A stretch of 64,000 bases of DNA from a virus (Duplodnaviria > Caudoviricetes). The notes beneath the pieces are model-generated. The model ran no database searches, was not told the origin of the DNA, and was given only the letters and a program-made list of their open reading frames with translations. The stretch is taken from IMG/VR virus record IMGVR_UViG_3300009183_000045; one strand, given 5' to 3'. Below are positions 15,999-25,886 of this stretch, piece after piece. The stretch's first letter is position 1. Each line of letters opens with the position of its first letter. The translations under genes were made by a program, and so were the position numbers.

Positions 15999-18632
15999 AT
16001 GGCCGAACCTACTAATATAATTCAACATTTTAGAACCAATGTTCAAGGAAGAGCTCCCGCAGTCTCTTCCTTGAGCGCGGGCATGTTGTCTATTAATTAT
16101 TATGATGGCAAAATTTTTACGCTCCAAGAACAAGGGGCTCATCAAGAAGTATTAGAATTTTCTGCCAACAAATATCAACCCTATACTTTAAATTCTGATA
16201 CCAGTTCTATTAATGTAAATTATGACTCCAATTTAGTTACGGGTTATTATAGTAATATAAACGGGGGTTATGGAAATGTAGTTTCTGGTTCAGGATCTTC
16301 TATATTAGGAGGAGAAGGCAATATTGTTGATAGTGATTTGAGCATTGCTGCTGGCTTAAATAACAATACAAACGGATTTGATAACACAGTTTTATTGGGT
16401 TCCGGTTTAATAGCCTCTCAAGCCAACACCACTTATGTTAATAATTTAAGTGTTCAAAATAAATTATACGGAGACGGCAGCAATTTGACTGGCATTACCG
16501 GCATTGGTGCAAGAACTGATAGATTATCAAGTGGTTCTTATAGTGTAGTTTTAAATACAGATGGCAGTTTAACTTTGCCTAACAGTGCCTTTTTAGGTGA
16601 TTACTGGGACGCCGGTGGCGTAGATTTAGTAGGAGCTCCTAATACATGGGCTTCCATGACATCAAATGATCATGATGTTTTTGTAGCTGTAACTGATAAT
16701 AATTTTTTATATAACAATGCTTATGGTGAATTATCTGGAGCATTTAATATAGTAACCAATTTACACCCAAATGGAGGTGTTGATTATCATCGATGGGCGT
16801 TTACCAAGGAAGGTACAATGTTATTGCCTCTTAGTGGAGATATCTTAGATAGTAATGCAAGCAGCGTTTTAAGTGGACGAAATTTATGGAATTCAACTTA
16901 TACCACTGTTCAATCTAATTCTGGTTTGTGGATGGAAAATACAGGAGCCACTGGCCCAGAAGGAGCCACTGGCCCAGAAGGAGCCTCAGGACCGGACGGA
17001 CCTACAGGAGCCACTGGCCCAGAAGGAGCCACTGGAGCCACGGGGCCTGCAGGAGATAAGGGAGCCACAGGAACTGGAGGGGATACGTATATAGGTGCTA
17101 CTGGAATAGGAGAGACAGGACCCATTGGACCCACGGGAGCAACAGGGCCTGAGGGTCCCGTTGGACCCTCAGGCGGGCCCACAGGAGCTACTGGGCCACA
17201 GGGAGGAAATGGAGGAGAGGGAGCCACCGGACCTACAGGAGCCACCGGAGTCGCCGGTCCTACAGGAGCCACTGGTCCGGCTGGTAGTGATGCATCCCAA
17301 ATTGGGCCCACAGGAGCTACTGGGCCACAGGGAGGAAACGGAGGAGAAGGTCCTCAAGGAGCCACGGGAGTCGCGGGCAGAGATGGTAGTGATGCATCTC
17401 AGATTGGACCTCAAGGCCCGCAAGGAGCTACTGGGCCACAGGGAGGAAATGGAGGAGAAGGGGCAGCCGGCCCTACAGGAGCCACTGGAGTTGACGGCCC
17501 TACAGGGGCCACCGGAGTTGAAGGGCCTGCTGTATCTGTTAGCGGCACTGGCTTATTAAAAGCAAGTGACGACATAATTCAACCCACAGCTTCTTTAATA
17601 TTTAATGATGATGTTGATGTTGATGCAGCAATTTCACAAAATAAAATTTATGGATTAACTACTTCTTTAGATGGAAAATTTTCTGTTACCGGGGGGACTC
17701 TGTCCGGCGGATTAACAGCTAATTCTGGAACATTTACAACTTATTTAAGTTCACCTTCTATAAGTGGAACGTATTATGGTGACGGAAGTAATTTAACCGG
17801 CATTCCAGTATATACTAATGTTCAGACGTTTTCTGCAACCGGAACATTTAATTGGACAAAACCTGCTAATGCAAAAAGTGTATATGTAATGCTAATAGGA
17901 GGTGGAGGAGGTGGAGGCGGCGGTGCAAGATACGCCTCAGGAACATCTTGTGCAGGTGGCGGCGGCGGCGGTGGTGGCGGGCTGTGGGAGGGTTATTTAG
18001 ATGCCTCCACTATTGCACCCACGGTGTCTGTTGTAGTAGGTGCAGCTGGCACTGGAGGCGCCGGAGCGGCGTCCATCGGCGCAGGGATTGTTGGAGTCGC
18101 CGGCGGTTCCTCAAAGTTTGATAATTATTTACAGGTTACAGGAGGTGCAAATGGTCTTGGAGGAAACGTAACAACAGCGGGGGCAGGTGCCGGCGGTATT
18201 TATTCAGGAAATCCGGGTGGTGGCGGCGGCTATGGTGCATCTGGATCCAGTGGCACACAGACAAATAGAGGTGGTGCAGGCGGCGGAGGTGGTGGAGGTA
18301 TTTCCGCAACACCTGCTGTATTCAACGGAGGTGCTGGTGGCAGCGGCGCTGCTTCACTTCTTGCAGCTGGCTCTGGTGGCGCCGGATCCACGACTGCTTC
18401 TGGAGGTGCTGGAGGAAATGGTGGCTCTACTGGAGTTTATGCGTCTTCCGTTTCTTCTGCAGGCGGCGGCGGCGGCTCATCAACATTTGCAACTGGTTCT
18501 GGTGGCAACGGAGGAAGCGGAGGCGGTTATGGTGCTGGCGGCGGAGGAGGCGGGGCAACCATAGGTAGCGGTGCTGGTGGTGCTGGTGGTGCCGGAACCG
18601 GGGGACTTGTTATAGTAACTACGTTCTTTTAA
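15999..18632 (+). CDS. Long tail fibre with collagen-like Gly-X-Y region and Gly-rich C-terminal domain
   Basis: GATGP repeats about 16945-17530; YGDGSNLTG repeats; C-terminal [20 protein letters not shown]...GGGGGG...[10 protein letters not shown]. Confidence 0.85.
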   Translation: MAEPTNIIQHFRTNVQGRAPAVSSLSAGMLSINYYDGKIFTLQEQGAHQEVLEFSANKYQPYTLNSDTSSINVNYDSNLVTGYYSNINGGYGNVVSGSGSSILGGEGNIVDSDLSIAAGLNNNTNGFDNTVLLGSGLIASQANTTYVNNLSVQNKLYGDGSNLTGITGIGARTDRLSSGSYSVVLNTDGSLTLPNSAFLGDYWDAGGVDLVGAPNTWASMTSNDHDVFVAVTDNNFLYNNAYGELSGAFNIVTNLHPNGGVDYHRWAFTKEGTMLLPLSGDILDSNASSVLSGRNLWNSTYTTVQSNSGLWMENTGATGPEGATGPEGASGPDGPTGATGPEGATGATGPAGDKGATGTGGDTYIGATGIGETGPIGPTGATGPEGPVGPSGGPTGATGPQGGNGGEGATGPTGATGVAGPTGATGPAGSDASQIGPTGATGPQGGNGGEGPQGATGVAGRDGSDASQIGPQGPQGATGPQGGNGGEGAAGPTGATGVDGPTGATGVEGPAVSVSGTGLLKASDDIIQPTASLIFNDDVDVDAAISQNKIYGLTTSLDGKFSVTGGTLSGGLTANSGTFTTYLSSPSISGTYYGDGSNLTGIPVYTNVQTFSATGTFNWTKPANAKSVYVMLIGGGGGGGGGARYASGTSCAGGGGGGGGGLWEGYLDASTIAPTVSVVVGAAGTGGAGAASIGAGIVGVAGGSSKFDNYLQVTGGANGLGGNVTTAGAGAGGIYSGNPGGGGGYGASGSSGTQTNRGGAGGGGGGGISATPAVFNGGAGGSGAASLLAAGSGGAGSTTASGGAGGNGGSTGVYASSVSSAGGGGGSSTFATGSGGNGGSGGGYGAGGGGGGATIGSGAGGAGGAGTGGLVIVTTFF

Positions 18633-18660
18633 ACTAGATTTTAGCATAAATATATAAAAT

Positions 18661-18897
18661 ATGAAAATTGTAGTACAACCCGAAATTGCCATAGAATTAG
18701 CTGAAGTTTCTGTTCTAGCTGTGAGAGATCAAATGTCAGATAAAAAAATTGTAGCCAAAATAAATGGCTTGCCTCGCGCTGTAGTGCTGTGGGGCCCTGC
18801 AGAATATGACTCTCATGAAGCTACATACTGGACAAATGAAACTGCTCAACAAAGAGCCACAGTTGTTCTTCAACAAATTCCCGTGCCATTTGAATAA
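18661..18897 (+). CDS. Small protein after fibre gene, possible fibre chaperone
   Basis: 78 aa; TAAATA 18647-18652; position only. Confidence 0.55.
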   Translation: MKIVVQPEIAIELAEVSVLAVRDQMSDKKIVAKINGLPRAVVLWGPAEYDSHEATYWTNETAQQRATVVLQQIPVPFE

Positions 18898-18932
18898 GCT
18901 TGTGGTATATTGTTTATAGATCTTTTATATTT

Positions 18933-19359
18933 GGGGGCGTATTGGTTTCGACTGAGCGCTGAAAACTTTAGTTGCAATCCGAGGAAGTCTGGTTGGCCTC
19001 GTTAAAATCTCTGGACAAAACAAATAAATGCAACTGATAATACAGAAGCACTCTTAGCTGAAGCAGAATATATCTTCAACAACGCTGACTCGTTCATCGC
19101 TGATGAAGAATATGCCCTAGCAGCCTAACAAACAGAAATGGATCCTATTAAAATTTTCTGGAGTAACACAATAGGTTGTAGCACCAGATCGTGTAGTGCT
19201 TTGAAAATAAAAATCGAGAGGAATTGGTTCCCTTACTAATCAATAGGTAGACCCAAAACTAGTTAACAACCTTTGGTCTTAAAATGTTAACAAAATATGA
19301 TTGTAGACGCTAAAGTCTAAGTTTTCAGGACAGGGGTTCAACTCCCCTCGCCTCCACCA
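18933..19359 (+). ncRNA. ssrA: tmRNA (SsrA), 427 nt, tag (A)ATDNTEALLAEAEYIFNNADSFIADEEYALAA*
   Basis: 5' GGGGGCGTATTGGTTTCGAC; 3' GGGGTTCAACTCCCCTCGCCTCCACCA with G.U acceptor pair; resume codon GCA 19030 after ATAAAT; tag stop at 19128 ending YALAA. Confidence 0.95.
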
Positions 19360-19381
19360 TTCTCCTTGGTAAATATATCAT

Positions 19382-20644
19382 ATGCCTCTCAATCACCATT
19401 TCTGGAAACAAGTTACCAAAAACAAATTTGTACACAAACCTCTAAAAGAGGCATATAGTAATGTCTTGTTAAGACAGAATATAAACCATATAAAACAATT
19501 TTGTTTAGTAGAAGAATACGATTTAATTGCAGAGAGAGTTGGTTTGAATAAAATGGTTGGAGTCCAACTAGCAAAAATAATGCCGGGTTGGAGAGATGGG
19601 GGCATTAAAAATGGAGGTGCCAGACTGCAACCGCAAGATACAAAAAACAGCCCGATCCTAACGGATCAAGCTGTTAAAGATGCTGTAGAGTCTTTGGGTT
19701 ATAAATATGTAGCAAAACATATCCCAGGAGCATTTGGGTCTGCCAAAGGAGAAAAAAATAAATCTTCAAAATTTCCAACTTACGAATTAGAAGTTGATGG
19801 ATTGCCGGTTTATGTAGTATTTGGAGTTGGAGGAAATAAAGGCAATGAATTTGAGAAGAAAGCCAATGAAGAAATGGCTGCAATGAAAGGAGAACATCCT
19901 ATTCTAAAACCTTTAGTGCCGTTGATAGCTCCTGATACAATTGCGTCAGTCACTGCAAGAGCTGGCTCTACACGAAGATCCTTCACAGGCAAGGTAGAAA
20001 ACGTGAGTCAAATAATAGCCGATACTTGGGTAATAGGTGAATCTGGTAAAACTTATTTTGTTTCTTTAAAGAATACAGCAGGAGCCACTATTAGTAATCA
20101 TGGCTGTGGTGGTATCTTTAAATCCTGGGACACTGAGGGTAAATTATCTTTTGCAGCAAATGCCTTTCCTCCTTTAACAAATTTGTTCAGAGCTTTAAAT
20201 GTTAATATTGATTTATTGATTAACAATCTTCAACAATATATAAACGCCATGCAAGGAAGAGAGTGGATTCCATCTACCGTTACAGATACAATTTCAAATG
20301 GAGATTTAAATGCTTTTAAAGAAGCTGTAATGTCTTCTATTGGATACGGATATTATTATGCCAGAGAAAAATCTGGAGGAAAAATTCAATTTGAAGATCT
20401 TACTACACCAGAAAAATTATCAGAGTTTGTAGGAAATGTACAAAAAGTTGAAATAAGATATCCCTATGTTAAAGGAATGGGTCTTAGAGAAAAACGAAAG
20501 AGTTTAGATTTAATAGGCCAAACTTCTAAAGGTTGGAAATTTATATTTCAATTCCGCAATGCCTCGAGTGGTCTTATTCCCAGACAATTGAATTTGATGA
20601 TATCAGGCAACGGAACACCTGAGCAGACCCCACAAGAATCTTGA
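19382..20644 (+). CDS. Late protein, possible PD-(D/E)xK nuclease-like fold
   Basis: IIADTWV...YFVSLK resembles D-x-(S/E)xK endonuclease core; TAAATA 19370-19375. Confidence 0.45.
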   Translation: MPLNHHFWKQVTKNKFVHKPLKEAYSNVLLRQNINHIKQFCLVEEYDLIAERVGLNKMVGVQLAKIMPGWRDGGIKNGGARLQPQDTKNSPILTDQAVKDAVESLGYKYVAKHIPGAFGSAKGEKNKSSKFPTYELEVDGLPVYVVFGVGGNKGNEFEKKANEEMAAMKGEHPILKPLVPLIAPDTIASVTARAGSTRRSFTGKVENVSQIIADTWVIGESGKTYFVSLKNTAGATISNHGCGGIFKSWDTEGKLSFAANAFPPLTNLFRALNVNIDLLINNLQQYINAMQGREWIPSTVTDTISNGDLNAFKEAVMSSIGYGYYYAREKSGGKIQFEDLTTPEKLSEFVGNVQKVEIRYPYVKGMGLREKRKSLDLIGQTSKGWKFIFQFRNASSGLIPRQLNLMISGNGTPEQTPQES

Positions 20645-20675
20645 ACTTCCCCCAATTTCTCTATAAGATTCTTGT
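20641..20675 (+). promoter_or_regulatory. Early cassette promoter
   Basis: TTGAAC, 17-bp spacer TTCCCCCAATTTCTCTA, TAAGAT; predicted +1 is 2 nt before ATG 20678. Confidence 0.8.
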
Positions 20676-20677
20676 AT

Positions 20678-20944
20678 ATGAATTGTCTGACTTGTGAATC
20701 TGATATTGAATGGGAACGCCTAGAAGCTCTGCCAGATACTATGTATTGCAGTTGCTGTGCTCGAAAAGGTGCAGGACAGAAATCCAAACCCCGAGGAGTG
20801 ATGGTCTTTGGTCAAAAGACAAACGGGGCTATTCAAATTCTTTCCGAAGACGCCCACAAGGAATGGAAAAAATATAACCCATATGGTCGTTATACTGGCA
20901 GAGGATCTGGAGTCCATCGAATGATGACTAGTTCTGCTAAATAA
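20678..20944 (+). CDS. TraR/DksA C4-type zinc-finger protein
   Basis: CLTC..IEWERLEALPDTMYCSCC matches the C4 TraR/DksA pattern. Confidence 0.8.
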   Translation: MNCLTCESDIEWERLEALPDTMYCSCCARKGAGQKSKPRGVMVFGQKTNGAIQILSEDAHKEWKKYNPYGRYTGRGSGVHRMMTSSAK

Positions 20945-21032
20945 CCCGCCCCAACTTCACGCGGCATGCTAACTTAAAGGAGGTTAGTGTGCCTAATTTA
21001 GTTAGTATAACCCTTTTTGTGTAAATAGTTAC

Positions 21033-21605
21033 ATGAAGAGGGTTTTTTTATTGTTGTTATTTTCATTAATATCTTGTGCCCCTACACGATATATACCAAA
21101 AGATTCTGAGCCACTGTCACAAGCAGTTTATGCCACCAGTGAGTCTATAGAAAAGGGTCGTATAGATTTAGCAGATCAATATGCTAAAAATGCTAAATTG
21201 TTAGTAGACCCTCCGAAAAATCCTTTCACGGTTAAAGCCATAATATCCAAAGCAAAGGAAAAAGACATAGGAAAGGCAGTTGTGGTTGTTCCATCGTATC
21301 TTACCAACATGGATGTAATAGTAGTGGGATCTGAACAGTATAAAAAACTTCTAGAAATAAAGGAGAATGCGGTTCAATTACAGGTTGAGTTTGAAAATCT
21401 ACAAAAAGAAAAGGAAGAAGTTTATAAGGCCTTAACAGATCAAAGAGAGGCTAAAATGCAATTACTAAAAGATTATGATAAAGTTGTATCGGATCTTAAA
21501 GATAAACAGCTTGCACTGTTAAAGCGAAATATAATTATTACTTCTATGAGTTTTTTCATAGGTCTTTATATATTCTTAAAAGTGAAAGGATTAATACCAT
21601 TTTAA
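21033..21605 (+). CDS. Putative unimolecular spanin
   Basis: Lipobox LIS-C, coiled coil, C-terminal TM helix; upstream of endolysin; TAAATA 21022-21027. Confidence 0.65.
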   Translation: MKRVFLLLLFSLISCAPTRYIPKDSEPLSQAVYATSESIEKGRIDLADQYAKNAKLLVDPPKNPFTVKAIISKAKEKDIGKAVVVVPSYLTNMDVIVVGSEQYKKLLEIKENAVQLQVEFENLQKEKEEVYKALTDQREAKMQLLKDYDKVVSDLKDKQLALLKRNIIITSMSFFIGLYIFLKVKGLIPF

Positions 21606-21607
21606 TT

Positions 21608-21724
21608 ATGATCGATTTTATTATAGCCTCTCTAGACTGGATGCTTGATATAGAACAATATCATCCTCGTAAATGTTATTTTGTTTTGGGTTTAATTTGT
21701 GGGTTAATTATAAAATATGGATAA
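21608..21724 (+). CDS. 38-aa hydrophobic peptide in lysis cassette, not in track
   Basis: MIDFIIASLDWMLDIEQYHPRKCYFVLGLICGLIIKYG fills the gap and overlaps the next start. Confidence 0.45.
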   Translation: MIDFIIASLDWMLDIEQYHPRKCYFVLGLICGLIIKYG

Positions 21725-22055
21725 GCAAAGAAGTCTGCATGAAAAGGAAGGATTTTTAAAAGGAAATCGGCAAAGGTGGTTAGTGATCTTTTTAATTTGT
21801 ATGTTTCTAATTTTAGGATTAGATGCTATAGGAAAGGTTGAAAGGGTCGATAGTTATTTAACCTTTTTAACATTCCTGAGCGGTTCATTCATTTTAGGAT
21901 ATTCTGGCACTGAAACTATGAAATTGTTTTCAGTTTCTTCAACCAGTCAAAATGTCAATCAGCAAAGTGTTAGCAAACAAGAAACTGTACAAACTATACA
22001 CACCATTAATGAAACCTTAACACACAATGCTAAGGAGGATGATTATACTGTATGA
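21717..22055 (+). CDS. Putative holin (2 TM)
   Basis: Two TM segments; immediately upstream of and overlapping endolysin. Confidence 0.55.
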   Translation: MDKQRSLHEKEGFLKGNRQRWLVIFLICMFLILGLDAIGKVERVDSYLTFLTFLSGSFILGYSGTETMKLFSVSSTSQNVNQQSVSKQETVQTIHTINETLTHNAKEDDYTV

Positions 22056-22663
22056 AGCAACCCTCAGAAAACACTTTAAATCTTTTATTTGAATATGAAG
22101 TCGGTGGTGGTCAATCTTATTACGAAAAGAAACTTTCAAAATTTACTTGGCCTGGTGGCGCTAGCGGACCAACCATAGGAATCGGAATAGATACTGCCTA
22201 CTACAATGCTCGAGAGATTGCAGATATATTTAAATTTCTCCCAGAAGATCAAATTCATTTAATTCAAGGAGCTGCCGGAAGGACCGGGGCTCGTGGAAAA
22301 GAATATACAGCAAAATTGCGCAAAGAAGGAATTGTGGTTACCTGGAGTCATGCAGTTGAAATTTTTAATGAATTAACTTGGACCAAATTTTCCAAAGCAG
22401 CTGAAAGAGCATTTCCGGGATTGGAAGAATTGTGTGAAGATGCTTACGGGGCTATAGTGTCCTTGGTTTTTAATAGAGGAACTGCCATGAAGGGAGATTC
22501 CCGGAGAGAAATGCGGAACATAAGGTCTTTGATAGGAGACCAGGATTATAAAAAGATAGCCAAAGAATTGAGATCTATGAAACGTATCTGGGAGGGTCAA
22601 GAATTGGATGGACTTCTCAAGAGAAGAGATGCGGAAGCAGATTTGGTGGAATCCTGTTCTTAA
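22052..22663 (+). CDS. Endolysin, lysozyme superfamily (pesticin/GH24-like)
   Basis: YEVGG, SGPTIGIGID, VSLVFNRG, GLLKRRDAEADL. Confidence 0.8.
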   Translation: MKQPSENTLNLLFEYEVGGGQSYYEKKLSKFTWPGGASGPTIGIGIDTAYYNAREIADIFKFLPEDQIHLIQGAAGRTGARGKEYTAKLRKEGIVVTWSHAVEIFNELTWTKFSKAAERAFPGLEELCEDAYGAIVSLVFNRGTAMKGDSRREMRNIRSLIGDQDYKKIAKELRSMKRIWEGQELDGLLKRRDAEADLVESCS

Positions 22664-22873
22664 ATGTTTGCCGGAATTCAAAGAGAAAGAGATCCTAATC
22701 TCATTAACTTGGAGCAAAATGTTTTCGGACAATTGGCTCAAGTGGGATTCGAGGAAGACAAAGTGGTCGGATATATAGAACCTAAAAAGTTAAATTCTAA
22801 CGGAATTTTGTCTTCTCTCTCCGTAGAAGATGCTATAAAAGAGTTGCTTAACATGGAAAAAAATTTAAAATAA
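22664..22873 (+). CDS. Hypothetical protein
   Basis: 69 aa, abuts endolysin stop. Confidence 0.55.
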   Translation: MFAGIQRERDPNLINLEQNVFGQLAQVGFEEDKVVGYIEPKKLNSNGILSSLSVEDAIKELLNMEKNLK

Positions 22874-22878
22874 ACAGT

Positions 22879-23211
22879 ATGGGTCCTATATTTCAAATTA
22901 ATGAAGATGTTAAGGAATCTTTAGTTTTGAATTTTGCAGCAAAGAAAGCAAAAACAGTTTATCACAAAAACGGTTCAATATATCTATCAGATCCGTTTTT
23001 AGAAACAGAAATAACCTGGGAATCTATTGATGATTTTAGATCTTTAAGTATGGAAGAGGCTACTAAATTGGGGTCTCTCTTAAGAGATTTGCAATTTAAA
23101 GTTACAGATCTTGGAGGACAAATGACTCCTCCGATGTTTGAGTATGTTAAAAAATCACCAACACTTGTCTGGGCACAATTTTTTACCAACGGCTTAGAAA
23201 AAAATTCTTAA
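22879..23211 (+). CDS. Hypothetical protein
   Basis: 110 aa. Confidence 0.6.
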   Translation: MGPIFQINEDVKESLVLNFAAKKAKTVYHKNGSIYLSDPFLETEITWESIDDFRSLSMEEATKLGSLLRDLQFKVTDLGGQMTPPMFEYVKKSPTLVWAQFFTNGLEKNS

Positions 23212-25843
23212 AACTTTCATTTAAAGGAAGACCCAAACCTTCTCTTACAGATTGATAAAGAGATTTGCCATTAACTTTTACCTCACTAGATACTCCAGTT
23301 GCTTGTTGAAATCCTGCTTCATTTTTTTCAACAGCAAATTTACGAGCAAGACTAGCAGAAATGCCACTGACATCATTAATATCTCCGTCAGCATCCCTGT
23401 CCCCACTGCTAACAAATTTCAAAGCCACTTGTTCTCTTCCAGTGGCACCAAAATTTAAATCCTTAGATCTTATAGGACCACTATTCCATCCATTTAATAA
23501 TTTTTCTAAACTACCCGGATTATCACCTAAACGATCAGCTCCGGCTATGAATACTAAATTTCGAAATCCCTTTGCATATAGATAATTTGCAGCTAGCACT
23601 GGATTTAATACCTTTTCTGAAACAATGTGTGAGGCAAATTCGGGATATATTTTTTTAACAAATTCTGCTTTTGTTTCTGGGTTTAACGGATCTTTTTTAG
23701 GATTTTGAGTGTTGCTTAAAAATATAAAGGAATTAGTTCCACCCGCATCAACAGTTTTTTGCATTAAGAGGCGATGACCCACCGTTGGAGGATTCATGCG
23801 ACCGAAACAAAAAGAAGCCACCGGCATTTTACTCTTAGCTTCAAGGTCATTTCCGGAAGTAACATTTTTAGCAAAATTGGCTTTACTAAAGCCTAAACGA
23901 TCCACTAATTTAAGTTTATTTCCGCCGGAGCCAAACACATAACCTTCGTGTGAGTTTTCTTCACCTATTCTAGCTTGTATAGGCAACCCCGTTTGTTGAA
24001 TATCTATTTGTTTTTTGATATTCAATTTTAAGTCTGTTAAAGCTGCCCAAATTGCCCAAACACCCATAATGCCTTTGAGTCCTTCTTTATACAACCAACC
24101 ATTTTGATTAATGCCCAACATTATTGCACTTTGTTTGGGTGACAAACGAGTCTTTAAAAATTCTAAAAATCTAGGCACAATATTGTTTGCAATATCATTC
24201 TGGGCTAACATGGAAGTTATAAATGGGCCCATGGAAGTTATAACACTTTTGGCTTTAAGTTGCTCTAAATCTGATATAAATTTTTGAGTTTCAGCTTTGT
24301 GTTGTTTTAATGTTTCTTTAGTTTGATTTAATAAATTAGAAGATATAGAAACCCGGGGTTTTTCTTCTATTTCACCTACAAGAAAAGTTATTCCTTCATT
24401 TTGTTTAAGGCCCTGTAAACCTTTTAAAGGCCTATCTTCTGTTCCCATTCCAGGAATAAAGGTATGAACCGCTATTCCACCCACACTCCTAGAAATTGTG
24501 TGTCCTAAATTAGAATCTATTTTAACTCTATATTCCACTGTATTTGGTTTAAATGTATAATAACCATTATCTGTCTTTGGCATTTGAGACCACATCAAAT
24601 CTCCAAAGAAAAATTGATTTTCTTTTGGAGGAGTAACCCTCTTGAGAGTAGGAACCATTACAGCAGCCGCTTCCCAAAGACTTTGCCTATTTGACCCGCG
24701 AGCTTTATCATATTCCTCTATAGTGGTAAATTCCATTTTACCCTTAGAGATTTTATCATACATATGTTTGTCTACGAACAAAAATTGTCCAGATGGATTA
24801 TTTTTTGAAGGAGCTTCTAACCATCCAAAAATAATAGCAGGAAAACCATCCCATTTAATGGTAACTGTATTACTATTTTTTACTAAAGATGAAAGCTCTT
24901 TAAAAGTTTTTTCAGCGCCCTCATATCCACTTGAAATGATAGTGTCTTCTGGATGTTCAATGCCTTCTGATATTAAAGAACCTTTAATATAAAAGTTTTC
25001 TTGCACCGCTGGAAAGAATTGCTTAACTGCATTCCATTTTTCTGGATGATTCAATAATATTTTCTTCATGCCACTAATACTAGACATGTCTCTGGCAGTG
25101 GCTTCAGGACCCAATAATAACTGAGATATTTTATCTTTTTGAGACCAAGGAAATAATACTTTACCGGTTTCTCTATCGACAACTCCTTTATCGGGGCTAA
25201 GCTGGAGAGCTCCTTTGGGCAGTCCAGTGAGTCTATCTATTTCGTTAGTTGTAATTTTTCCTGATATAGGACTCGGTATTAATCTTATAAGGTTTGGATA
25301 TATATTAAGCCAGACGTCACTGCCTCTCATTCCAACATCTTGAGAATAGTCTAGAGTGTGTCCGTGAATGGTGGATTCAGCATCTTGCTTCACTATCAAA
25401 TCTACTTGGATATTTTTTCCGTTAATTTCATAATTTAAACTCAAAGAAACTCCATTATTAGAAAATCCATTTTGAGTTAAATAATCAGAAAGTTGTTGCT
25501 TACTGCTTTCTATTAATTCCTTTTTTAAAGTCTCGGGTTTGACTTCTCGTGTTCTTTGAACTGGTACAGGGGGAAATGCTTGTTGTAGATCGTCTAAATC
25601 TATCATTACATCTACATCACCGGCTTCTGACTTAAGAGAATTTTCTGTATAATAAGGATGACTTTTAGACCATGAACCCGCACTACCCATTTGCCATTTT
25701 TGAATCTTTAATCCGGCTTGAGATAATACACCTCCTAGTTTATGTTCTATTTCTAAAAATTCTGGTTTGTTTAGACGTGAAACTTGAATATCTAATTTTT
25801 TAAGAGCCTTGCCGCTCTCAGTAAAAAAATGTTTAAAAGACAT
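23183..25843 (-). CDS. Three-domain nucleotidyltransferase: Pol-beta-type NTase + KxDG ligase-like domain + cytidylyltransferase-like (HxGH) domain
   Basis: GSAGS...GDVDVMID...QVDLI; TIKWDG...FGDLMW...HEGYVF...KLKLVDR; FGRMNPPTVGH...FIAGADRL; late motif TAAATA at 25861-25856. Confidence 0.8.
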   Translation of the reverse strand: MSFKHFFTESGKALKKLDIQVSRLNKPEFLEIEHKLGGVLSQAGLKIQKWQMGSAGSWSKSHPYYTENSLKSEAGDVDVMIDLDDLQQAFPPVPVQRTREVKPETLKKELIESSKQQLSDYLTQNGFSNNGVSLSLNYEINGKNIQVDLIVKQDAESTIHGHTLDYSQDVGMRGSDVWLNIYPNLIRLIPSPISGKITTNEIDRLTGLPKGALQLSPDKGVVDRETGKVLFPWSQKDKISQLLLGPEATARDMSSISGMKKILLNHPEKWNAVKQFFPAVQENFYIKGSLISEGIEHPEDTIISSGYEGAEKTFKELSSLVKNSNTVTIKWDGFPAIIFGWLEAPSKNNPSGQFLFVDKHMYDKISKGKMEFTTIEEYDKARGSNRQSLWEAAAVMVPTLKRVTPPKENQFFFGDLMWSQMPKTDNGYYTFKPNTVEYRVKIDSNLGHTISRSVGGIAVHTFIPGMGTEDRPLKGLQGLKQNEGITFLVGEIEEKPRVSISSNLLNQTKETLKQHKAETQKFISDLEQLKAKSVITSMGPFITSMLAQNDIANNIVPRFLEFLKTRLSPKQSAIMLGINQNGWLYKEGLKGIMGVWAIWAALTDLKLNIKKQIDIQQTGLPIQARIGEENSHEGYVFGSGGNKLKLVDRLGFSKANFAKNVTSGNDLEAKSKMPVASFCFGRMNPPTVGHRLLMQKTVDAGGTNSFIFLSNTQNPKKDPLNPETKAEFVKKIYPEFASHIVSEKVLNPVLAANYLYAKGFRNLVFIAGADRLGDNPGSLEKLLNGWNSGPIRSKDLNFGATGREQVALKFVSSGDRDADGDINDVSGISASLARKFAVEKNEAGFQQATGVSSEVKVNGKSLYQSVREGLGLPLNESFKNFFLSRW

Positions 25844-25886
25844 ATATTATATATCTATTTAGGTTATCGGACATATAAATATATGT

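Noticed and set aside
16873-18564. Alternative-frame and antisense ORFs in the collagen and Gly-rich regions
   Set aside because: Expected by-products of GGN-rich repeats.
20965-20995. 11-bp hairpin with AGGAG in the loop
   Set aside because: No start codon at SD distance; most simply a terminator or stabilising stem after the zinc-finger gene.
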